Positions 1 to 10,298 of a stretch of DNA of 26,374 nucleotides are shown here, piece after piece. The notes under the pieces are model-generated. The model was not told where the DNA came from. It ran no database searches and saw only the letters and a list, made by a program, of their open reading frames with translations. Position 1 is the first letter of the stretch. Each line of letters begins with the position of its first letter. The stretch is from Selaginella moellendorffii (lineage: Eukaryota > Plantae > Lycopodiophyta), in NCBI RefSeq assembly GCF_000143415.4, contig NW_003314262.1, positions 1,015,617 to 1,041,990 on the forward strand. Direction: 5' to 3'. Position numbers and translations under genes: made by a program.

Positions 1-1561
1 AAGAAAGTGTTAAAATGTTTTAGGTGGTCCCTTAGATGAGAATTGACGTCCAAATACCTCTTTCTTTTGAACTCTCTCGCACCTTGCAGCTGGAATTGCT
101 AGGGTTTGTGAGGAAGAAGATGATGTAGGTGACACGTGGACAATGGGAGGGCAAATGGGCGTTTTTCACTTTATGGCTAGCCAAAAATGCATGGAAAAAC
201 GAGAAATTAGGTCTGAATCTGGATTGTCTAGATGGTGTAGGTCTCATAGAAACTGCTCGCTCCGAAAAGAACAGAACGGAAGAACGAGATCAGAACACCA
301 GCAAACACAACTGACAAAGATCCCACACACCTAGAGCCCAAGGTCTTTGCAAGCCTGCTTGAACTCTTGCTCAGAGGCTGGTCCAATCCCAAAACGATGT
401 GACTTTCGATTACAGCCGACTGCGCAGCGATCACCATCCTCCTCCCAAAATCCCGCCTGCTCCAGGAACAAAAACAGGAGGCCCCATGATGAAGTTGATG
501 CATGATGTAAACAAGTAAACATAAAACAGGAGAACACATGACTCAGGATCGCACACCCATGAGGCAGCCAAAATCACAGGAACATCCTCACGATGCATCT
601 GCAATAAATCACAGTCAGTGCTAAGACAAACTGCAATAGTGACACAAAGGAACAGTCCTCCTAAATTAAGAAAAAACAACTATAGAAACCAGGCACAGTG
701 GACAATGGCCAGCACCGACTTCTTTGCCTGAGTGAAAGGCGTGAAAAAAGAGAAGAGAACTCAAGATGACAAAAAAAAAAAAAAAAAAGCTAGACAATTT
801 ACCAACTCGATTCTAAGGTGTAAAAAGTTATAAAGCATTCGCTCTCGTTATTTCCAGAGTCTTGGATGGTGTCTTCCTAACCCTGGGGCTCGTAGGGATC
901 TCGCATTTGAGGCCCTACTAAATGCAGTATTAGAAAAACCTGGTACCGCTGATGAAATACTTTAAAGTCCTTTCTGTTTTTAGAAGTTGTACTTTTTTCT
1001 GGTTACTAACACACGACAACATCAACGTAACAGAACTGGGCTTTTTACCACTCTTGACAGAGCTAGCAAGCAACAATGATGTTAATAACAGAGAGGAGGC
1101 CTTCAAGGGCATAGTGAACATGTTTCACAAGGATTTATAGAAAGTGACTTTGTCTGATGCCGATCCAGGAATTTCTGTTCCTGGATCATCTGAAGTGTGA
1201 TGAGCACGGTAAGATCGCTGACATAGAAAACGCCGCAGTGGTAACATTATCTGCATATCATGTATCAATGTGAGCCGTTGTATACGAACTGCTTTACGAA
1301 TCAGGCATCTGCCTCATCTCATCGCCTCAATTAGAGCCTCTGCTGCTGTGGATACCTCCAAGACCCTCTAGACCTGTATGTTCTTTTGGATTTTGTTTTC
1401 AACGTGTTGCCAGCGTCTTCATGAAAGGCGTTAGCGAGTATTAATGATTCTTTGATTATGTTTGCTGGTGACAAAGGAAAAATGGAAAATCCCAAAGTTT
1501 GAATTTCTTAAACATTATTTGGTGACTGGTCGTCCATTCTTCAAAGATGTTCTCTACAAGC

Positions 1562-2800
1562 CTAATCTATTGGAGGCACCCACTCAATCTGTATCTCTAA
1601 CTCCCCACATTCCACGTTTTTCAACTTGAGCTTAAGATCTTGCAGCAAACGACCATTCTGAAGAAATATCATGCTATCACACGACAGATCATTGTCCCTT
1701 GTAGCCACCCATTTTCCAACCTGCACATTACCAAGTTCGTCACCCATTGCTTCTTGCACTTTCACAGCAGCATAAAGTGGCTGAAGGTCGACAGAGACAT
1801 CACCCATCGTATCATCTTCTGAGAACGTATCTCTATCAAACACCTGCTGAAGAAAATCAATAGTTTTACTTCCGACCAAGAATGGTGCTTTTTTTGCTTA
1901 CAAGTTTCAAAGGGAAGGTTGCATGAGGAACTGATAAAAGGTGCTTTTCGTCCCAGATAGGATTTAATGACGATCTTACCACGCATGTTTGTGCCTTCTG
2001 TGAACTTGCTGTAAAAAAACCATGATCTCAATGTAACAAAACACATACCTGGTTTCCTAGGGTGAGAACAACATAAGGGTCACTGGTCATGAAGTCCCTC
2101 ACTGTAAGGTTTATGCCTTTTATTACACGCACTCGAATCAATCCAACAAATCCCTGCAGCCCTTGCAGTTTAAATTTTTGCCTCTAGAATTGAAGCGTTG
2201 AACAAACCAGAGCAGAAGAATTTTCTTGCTTTGAAAATAATGTCGATTCCTGAGAAGAGGAAGCCAAACGCATAGATGGCTTTACAAATTCTTGTCTTTC
2301 ATACTTGTTTCTGAGAAAACATTGATTTTTAAAAAAATAAATATAGAAAACGGTTTCGCATCTCCTGAACCTTATGAATTTTGCTCGCTCTTGATTTGAT
2401 GAATCCGGCATGGGTCTTTTGCAAGTTTTAGGAACAAAGGCCTCGTATGCAGCATTTGCAGCTGCATTGCCACCAATAAACAGCATAAGCTCAACCTCTT
2501 CGTCTGTCCAGTCGTTGGAATTTAATGACATAAGCTGTTGAAGAAGGACATCAAATTGGGAAGAGAGAGTTATATACATTTACCTTTGATACAGAAGCTC
2601 CCATGCTTCGATGAATAGCATAGCATTTGTCACAGATTATAACTCCAGTGTTTGTAGAGCTGGAGAACCAATAGAAGGTGCAACAAGACGGAAAGGAAAA
2701 CGACTTACACCCATTGGGGACCCTGCAAGCCGCAATCTGCACAGAACTGGTTGTCTGGTTGCAAGATAAACTTCTGAAATTTACTCATTCTTCTCTCCAT
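1562..2800 (-). CDS. AGD12: ADP-ribosylation factor GTPase-activating protein with C-terminal C2 domain (AGD11/AGD12(ZAC)/AGD13 type), 7 exons, about 306 aa
   Basis: Manual splicing with GT-AG introns of 49-60 nt gives exons 2800-2709, 2659-2584, 2534-2371, 2310-2208, 2153-2049, 1997-1902 and 1846-1562 (921 nt, in frame, ending TAG). ArfGAP zinc finger CADC-x16-CDKC-x4-R (PDNQFCADCGLQGPQWVSTNTGVIICDKCYAIHRS), then DWTDEEVELMLFIGGNAAAN and KYERQEF. C2 domain GFVGLIRVRVIKGINLTVRDFMTSDPYVVLTLGNQKAQT...LNPIWDE...QVFDRDTFSEDDTMG...GELEIQIEW. The symbol marks the subfamily, not proven orthology. An extra upstream exon and the exon 4/5 junction are uncertain. Confidence 0.92.
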
Positions 2801-3032
2801 TTGCTAGGGTATCAAGGATGCGGCCGTCTATATCTTCAATTAGAAAACCTACTTCAAAAAGTCCGCTTAAAGTTTTTTAGAAACCTTTATATATGAAAAA
2901 CTATGTCAGGACAACATCACCATACTGTATCAAATTTCTCTAGCGATTTTCTAATAAGTAGTTGTACTTTTGGGCATCCTTAACTAGGCAATGTGCTATC
3001 CTTTCCCTCTGGTCTGCCAGCAATAGAAGGTA

Positions 3033-4740
3033 CTAGCATGGAATCCAGCTCCGCTGGAATAGATAGGAAATCTGTTACATTGGTGACATGAATCCTTTGT
3101 ACACAATTTTTTTCATATAGACATTATGGTTCTGGAGCTCATCTTGTCCCTCACATTGTTTGATGGACCTCGTAATTTGTTTCTTTGATGTTCCCCTTGA
3201 AAGCACAGCATAAAGTTGACCATGGCCAAAAACTGGCCTTGGCAAGTAGAGACCCACATTTTGTAATGTTTGTCCTTAAAATTTGCAAATTGTTATGGAG
3301 AATGCAAGCCTTATTGGGAATTTTCGTCATTTGAGGATAAATGACATGTCTCCATCAGTCGGTTTTAAAGAGATTCTTGGTAGAAGGACTTTCTTTCCTT
3401 GCATACCATTATATCGAGTTTCAGCCTCTATAACATTTGGTAGCACCTTGGTTATAACTAGTTTAGTGCCCTTACAGAGGCCTTTTTTAGTGTTGATGTT
3501 GCACAACAACATTACAATACATCCAATTTTTATATGTAGCTTGTGTGGAGGCATTCCAGATGGTGTTATTGAGTTTAAAAATTCTACAGGATAGTCCAAC
3601 ATCTCTTCATCCGAATCTGTTTCTACAATGCCAATGCTTCTGTATGTTATTGTTCTGCCAATCATTCTCAAAAGGACTTGGTCATTCACTTGAAGAGAGA
3701 GATCATTTGAAGTCATGAAATAGCTTTCGGCAATAGGTTTGGATCATTTGGTTGTATGTGTTTTTTCTATCATTTGTTCTCTGGTGGTGGATGTCAGAGG
3801 TAATTTTATAACTTCCTGGTTGAATCCTTGGAGGCTAGGTAGATTAGCATTTCCAAGTCTCGCAAGCCATCTAGGCCATTCCTTTTCTTCAGAGTTCACC
3901 CTCATGTTTGTGTATAATGAGAACTTTACAAGTCTCCACCATATTGGTGAGGATTTCACGTTGTTTTGGACAATTTGTGTGTGACGGGCTCATTTAGAAC
4001 AAGTAACATCTGTATGAACTCTCCTCCTGTTACTAACATGATGGCACCAAAGTCTGTATCATAGTTTTTTATGTCATGCAAGACCCTCTCGACAGTTTTA
4101 AAAGTGTGAATGGTACCATGCTTATCTTGCCCCATATGAGCAGTTCAGCTCTCCTTATGACCTCAGCAAGTGCTGAGTTTTCTCACAGATCTGAGGTGCA
4201 TGTTTCTGTGATTGGTACCAGTAGCTTAAATGTTGAATGAGCCATTCGGCCTCCTATAAGAATAGTACTTGCTATTTCTGTCTATGTGACTGCTAAGACT
4301 TTCATGTCCTATTTGTTTCTTTTTTGTTTTGTATTGTGTTCAAGACGTTGTTAAATATGTGAAGCTGTTCGATGTTCAGTCTAGTTTTAAATAATTCAGC
4401 TTCATCAGGCATGCATGAGCTTGTTTGGTTGTTGTTCCGTTATCCCTTATAAAATCTGGAAACTCATAGTCAGAAAGTTTCTTGCCATATTCCTGGAGTA
4501 ATATCGACATTTTATGCAATCCATGTTGCACTGCTATTTCATAGTTGTTGTGAATTTGTACCAAGTCTTCAAACATGCCTTCCTTGAATTTATCCCATAG
4601 TTTTCTGGGATCAAGGAGCTTGCAAACACAAACATATGTCACTGAATAGATACCTTACTTTGCAGGCATCTGAAATGTCAATGACTCTTCTAAGCGTTTT
4701 TCCCCTGTAATCACAAGCCTCTTTAGTGAATGTATGTTGC
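3033..4740 (-). mobile_element. Helitron remnant (3' part of an autonomous-type element)
   Basis: Minus-strand 3' terminus reads TCCAGC-GGA-GCTGGA (perfect hairpin, 3058-3044), 7 nt, CTAG (3036-3033), then T, directly downstream of a degenerate Pif1 helicase. No Rep nuclease motifs or 5' end recognised. Confidence 0.9.
3075..4740 (-). pseudogene. Degenerate Helitron RepHel, Pif1-family helicase portion
   Basis: Motifs across frames: TFTKEAC..LEESLTFQMPAK..DPRKLWDKFKEGMFEDL (Rep-Hel linker); [135 protein letters not shown]. Multiple stops and frameshifts. Walker A not found. Confidence 0.92.
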
Positions 4741-5475
4741 CACTGCTCCATGGCTTGCAGTCTATGGAGGGATTGCCCTTGAGCTGCCACAGTTGGAAGG
4801 CAGCCATTCTTGCAATAGTCTTTCTTTGCAGGCATTTGCCTAAAAGCAAGCTTCTTGACTTCCTCAAGGTGGGATCTCTCTCCATAGGACAACTTTTTTC
4901 TACCTCCAATAGCAAGAACAAGAACTTAGAGTTCTAGATCGAGATCTGAGCAATTCATTACAAGGTAATTAATAACAAACACAAATGCAAGCTTAAGACT
5001 GCTAGATGCATGTTAAGGAACAATAGAATCACCCTAGTTATTTCACAGTGAAAGACACACATGCTGAAATGGTCGTTCAAGTTGCTCTGAACGATCTCAC
5101 CCTCAACATTTAGAGTATGATACTTCTTGGCAATTCTCCGCAGGATATTTTTTGCTAGTCTCGTTAGCCCTTGCAGTTGATGTGAACGTTGCTCCAACCA
5201 AACAGCAGAAAAGAAACTTAAGTTCACAAATCCTTGCCAAACCAGATGCCAGATCATATCATCATACTCATGATCATACTCATATATTTAAATGAAAGAG
5301 CTAAGTATAATAATAGCATATATTGGGGATGTTTATTCTGGGCATATGCCAAAATCTAATGGTTGAGATTAAATAATGGAGAGACGTGACTTTTGGGATC
5401 ATAAAAATTTCAAATGCCTTTTAGGGTGGGGAGGAAAGTGATGCATGAGGAGAGAGCATTGGTAGCAGGAAAGTA

Positions 5476-5485
5476 CTCTCTCTCC

Positions 5486-5557
<72 letters not shown>

Positions 5558-5559
5558 AC
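5476..5559. repeat. Compound microsatellite (CT)n(CA)n
   Basis: Directly visible. Confidence 0.98.
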
Positions 5560-5649
5560 CTTTGAATCATGTGCACTTCCCAAATCACTTCTCTTTTTCT
5601 GGGCTGCTATTTTATCTTCCCTTATGGATTGAGCCCAACAGCAAAAGCT

Positions 5650-6645
5650 TGACATGTTTTCGGCATGAAGTGTTCATAAGGTACACATTTTTCGCTCAGC
5701 ATCCTGGTTTGGTTTCGTGATATTGGCTTTGGGTTTTGCACAAGCTCTGTTGATTGTTGAGGTCTCTTCCCAGAAGGTATTGTAGCATTCATACATCGAA
5801 TCCCTCTGTTTCTGTTCTTGAGTTGATCATATTTTCTTGCAGCAGCATTGCAGCCTCTCCAGCAGATGGCTGCCAGTAGTCACCACAATTTGCAGGGATT
5901 TGGTTTCTTCTTGTGACTTATGGTAATGTAATGTGTTCAATCTTAGTATACTTTTCCAAAGAACTTGTAGTCCTGGAGCTTTCAAGGCTGTTGATTCAAC
6001 AAAGAAGGAAGTATGTGAAAATTGCTATCTGGATGGAATTGAGAGCAATGACACTCCTAATTGATGTGAATGTGAGAGATGAGTCTTTGTGTGTATGTAT
6101 TCCTAATTTGATAATTTTTTCCAGATTGTTTACTTTGCTGCATTAATTCTGTAATCAACTGGTTTTTCTCACCCTTGAGTCGTCAATTGTACTACAGTTG
6201 GGACACAATGGTTCAAAATTGTACTCATGTGACACAATGGTGATTACACGGCAGACCAGGTCAGCCTCCTCTTCTTTTCTTATGATTTTGTCTTTTCTAA
6301 ACTGGATAAACGTTTTTTATTTTGATTTTAGATGCTTCCACATTGTAAACAATGACCCAATGCGATTGGAGGTAGTGCGACTCACAAATAATGCCGAAGG
6401 AAATAGTTGTGGGATTCCACGGAAAGAGGTAACATTGGATTATTTATTGTTTGTATACAAACCTAACTTTTGCTTGCAAACAAATGTACCAGATCACAAA
6501 GCAAGGTCCAGACCTGGTACTGAAAATCTGAGGACAGCTTTGGAGCATACTTCATCACGTGTGGAGCTGCATCCGACTAAGCAAAGCATTGAGCCTCTGT
6601 GCCGATAGCAACCAAAACTGTCACCTGGAACTAAAGTGATGTGAG
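5650..6645 (+). other. Unidentified exon-like fragments with short GT-AG introns (probable Helitron cargo)
   Basis: Donor/acceptor pairs: AAG|gtacac..ctcag, AAG|gtattg..ttgcag, CAG|gtcagc..tttag, GAG|gtaaca..ccag. One segment reads SWFGFVILALGFAQALLIVEVSSQK (hydrophobic). No family recognised. Confidence 0.35.
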
Positions 6646-8219
6646 GTTTCTACAAGAAAAGCTTAAAATTTATTCCATGTCATGGAAACTTAATACCTGA
6701 ACCATTTGTGCTTGGGCATACACAAAAACACAAAAAAATAATACATGGATTGAAGGTAAAATGAATGGAGCTATTAAAATAAATGAGACACCAACCAGAA
6801 ACTCTCAGCATTTGTCAACCTCACACTCAAATAATACACTTAAATTATAAAATAAGAATTCAAGAAGCTACAAGATCATCTTTTGTAAGCAACATTCTTA
6901 TGTGCATAAAAGAAAATCGCCATCTTTAGTTGCTGAAATGCTACATGTCTACCAAGTTATGTACACAAGAATCTTTACACACAGCCTGTTGATCAGAGTT
7001 CACTTCTTTTCAGCTTTTCAATCACTCCTGTAACCAGTGATCGTCCAGAGCCATATTTTCAATGATCCCAGATAATTGGCAATCTTCACCACTTAGGAAC
7101 TTCTCCTACATCTTGTGTATGTCATCCAGAAACCTAGCCATAGTCTCTGAAGCTGGTCATCATCAGTGATAGTGGCAAAGGCAGTGCTTGCCTTCCATTT
7201 GAAGTCCTATAATCGTCAGAGAGCTTGCTATGAATCCCAGAGGAGACACAGCCTCCAAAGGAAAACATCTGGAGCTCAAGTCGGGCTAGGGGAAAGTATA
7301 CATTGAGAAACTTGTAGATAATAGCTTCATGATGATGGGACATGCATAACACTCTACATAAGAAATGAAAAATTAAGCTCTAATCACCATTGAGGGTTTT
7401 GCCTGCTGAAAGAATGTCAAATTAACTTACTATACCACAAATGTTGGTGACATAGTTTATGCTAAAGTTGAAGGAAATGCCAACCTCACTTTCACAACAA
7501 GGAAATTCTATGGAATGCCTGTGGATATTTAAATGGTAATACAACTTCAAAACCTAATTCTACTATTTATAACTACAATTTTAAAACTGGTAGTTTAAAA
7601 GTTAATATTTATAAAATTATTCTTAGTTTTAAGATTAAAATTTTTGGAAAAAAATTGCAGCAACAGGTTTTTAAGCTAGAAAGAAAGTTATAATTTAAAA
7701 TAAAACCAGATAATGACTTCTTTAATTTTTTGTTATTATTTATTTCATATTAACATATTATTTTTAAGTATGTATTTATGAAAATTTAATAAGATATTTC
7801 TATTTTAAAACTTCAAGAATATTTAAACTAAGTTGAAGTGAAATTATAATCAAAACTGAGAATTGCTAGGGATTTTCTTTTGGCTACAAAAAATTCATCA
7901 CTCAACAAATATTTCAATTTGATTATGAGTATGTATGCTTGAAAAAGTTTCCTCTGAATGCTCTCAATGCTAGAATTGCCTTCTAATAGCATATTTCCAT
8001 CTACCATGATCAAAGCACCATTTTTATATCAAGAGATGCTGATATACCATGAATTGAGGCCTTGAGCCTCTTAATGGCTGCTTGGATTGACTTACATCCA
8101 CTATAAATCATGATGAAATATCTATTTATTTTAATAAAACCTTACAAATGGGCAAGAATTTATCAAGACATTTTCTATTCCCATCATCACAACATGTTAA
8201 TTAATGTTGATGATGGGAA

Positions 8220-9195
8220 GAATCTGATAATTGACTAAGAGAAAAATAATGACTACTCACAGTATGAGTTGTCACAGAAACCTCACCTATGATCCAGCAA
8301 CCCTAGAATGCATGACTAATAGAGATATCTAAAACAAACCCTACATGCTCAAATTGCATTAGCAATACATTCACCCAATTCCCTAAACACCACATTTGAA
8401 ATTAAATTTATAGAGGTGCCTCCTCATGTTGATGATAAATACTCTCTTGGCAGGATTTGTGAAAATGACATAATCTAGCATATAACACAATAATTGTGGA
8501 AACCAAGTATCCTCTAAGACATGCTTTCTCAAAGAATATTTAATATAACCATAAATGGGTAACAAATGGTATGCTTAACTTTATGCAGGTTCCATGTTTA
8601 ATTACAATTCTCTATATTTTATTGGCTATAGCCTTTGTAAACCAAGCTTATATAAATTTCATGATAAATGACAGCATTTTTTTTTAGTGAGTTGTATTGG
8701 ATTGAGGTTTTATAAAGTTTACACGACATGTTTGAGATAGCTAAGTAAATTTAATCTTCCTCAACCATATTTTCCTTGTATAAGAATTAAATATCCAATA
8801 TAAAACTATCCAAGCTGTAAACATTGTAGAAAATAAAAAAAAAATTTATACATGTTTTTTTTTCAGTAGCATAACAATGAAAACCTATTTTAGGTGTTGA
8901 ACTCACATTACTAATTCTTGGGTATGGGCATCAAGAAGAATGTAAAAGATACATTGAATAGAGGTAAGTGGTGCTAGAGAACTACTATAGCAAAAGGAAG
9001 GTTTGTCATGGCAATCAACATCAAGAAAGCTAGGGCGATAATTAGGTAAGTAGCATTTTTTTTTTTATAGTAAATGGATTGATCTATGAAGTGTGGAATA
9101 GGTGGTGATTGTGATAGGATGAACAGGGTCTGCCTCTTGAATTTAGAGCAAATAGGTCCCTCAACCATAGCAACAATAGATGATGATGTTGTGTA
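8220..9195 (+). repeat. Diverged duplicated block, copy 1 (copy 2 at about 21640-22616)
   Basis: Shared colinear strings, e.g. gtatcctctaag, aagaatatttaatataac, ctctatatttttattggctata, gggcatcaagaagaatgt, tgaatagaggtaagt, ccctcaaccat. Confidence 0.9.
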
Positions 9196-9300
9196 CCAGT
9201 GCCTCTTGCAAGTGCCACTATCAACCCATGGGTAAATGCATAAAGTGAACAGAGTGTGGAGGAATCTTGACTTCAGTGCCAAGTTTTATGACAATCATTC
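9165..9300 (+). pseudogene. F-box domain fragment of an F-box/kelch gene
   Basis: Translates as DDDVVYQCLLQVPLSTHG*MHKVNRVWRNLDFSAKFYDNH, matching the plant F-box/kelch N-terminal pattern (LPDD.A..CL.RVP...H.....V.R.WR.L..S..FY). Has an internal stop and is truncated. Confidence 0.75.
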
Positions 9301-10052
9301 TATATAGGATTTCAAATGAGCCGATTCAGCCGACAAATGAAAAGTTGAAAAACTAAACTCCATTTTATTTTTAAATTTTGTATTTTAAGTGAGTTTTAAA
9401 TCCATATTTTTTAACATTATTATATTAGTGTACTTAAGTAACACTTACTTTATTAAGAGGAAAATTTGTAAACTTGAATGAATCATCAGGTAATAATTTT
9501 TTATCAATTATATTGTGATTTCAAGTAAAAGAAAAAATTAATTACCAAACCTCAATCTCTAAATAACTCATTTGGCCATGGGATCCTACAGTGAGCAATT
9601 TTATTTATAGAATATTTAAGACTTCACTTGTGAGTTATATTTATTATGTGATGATGTGTGTTGGTGTCAATTATAGAAGGTATTTTTAATATAAATATTA
9701 TATTATGTTATCTTAAATACATATGTTATAATTATGATTATGTAAAAATTACAATTACAATTAGAACTTTTTGAAATTACTAAAACATCAAGAATAAACA
9801 TGATGCTCCCAGCATAGCTGGGACTTTTGCTAGTACTCCCTTATTTAAAAGTGCTATTGACATATGGCATCTGGCATCTTTTATTCCATTTTTAGAATAT
9901 TATTTATGAATATGCTTATAACCTAATGGTTCAAATTCAAAAACTTCAAATAGATGGCATAGATCAAATGACAAAGGGCAATGCTTCAATGTGATTTTAA
10001 TGACGCTCCAAATTGAGTGAAATTTTGTAGGGCAATAGGGCAGATTGTGAGC

Positions 10053-10092
10053 CTCTCTCTCTGTCTCTTTCTGTGTGTGTGTGTGTGTGTGT
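10053..10092. repeat. Compound microsatellite (CT)n(GT)n
   Basis: Directly visible. Confidence 0.9.
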
Positions 10093-10298
10093 ATTAATGT
10101 TTTCTTTAGTTGGATTTAGTTGGAGGAAGGTTTTGGAAATGAAGATCATGTGCCCGGATGAGACAAGCCATTTTCTGCTTCTCACGGCTTGCACTCGCAG
10201 TGGAGAAGTAAGCCATTGACTGAAGCTATGCGGCTCTTCTTTAGAACCTTGAAAGTAAGTTTTTCAATGTTTTTTTGAGAGTTTCCATCTATTTATCT

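Larger units (their letters stand above)
5254..9833 (+). mobile_element. Putative non-autonomous Helitron H1 carrying gene fragments
   Basis: Canonical 3' end: TCCCAGC-ATA-GCTGGGA hairpin (9807-9823), CTAG (9830-9833), then T. Candidate 5' end a|TC at 5254-5274 precedes a sequence (atatttaaatgaaagag...tattctgggcatatg...tctaatgg) that recurs at about 16200-16280. The 3' end is firm. The 5' boundary is inferred, and a nested shorter element starting near 9295 is possible. Confidence 0.6.

Noticed and set aside
1-790. Short ORFs, an 18-nt A run at 771-788 and a CA|TGG junction on the minus strand near 560 suggesting an LTR/PBS or retrocopy
   Set aside because: No recognisable protein, no convincing tRNA complement and no target-site duplication.
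930-1450. ORFs 930-1121 (-) and 952-1140 (+), plus a 10-bp-stem hairpin at 1162-1187
   Set aside because: No family similarity. The hairpin has no adjacent CTAG and is too short for a miRNA precursor. May be ArfGAP 3' flank.
5410-5655. ORFs with RERE/CVCV and SLSL/THTH runs
   Set aside because: Translations of the microsatellite.
8974-9282. Minus-strand ORF and its paralogue 22369-22602 as genes
   Set aside because: They are antisense to the plus-strand F-box fragment. Their similarity reflects DNA duplication only.
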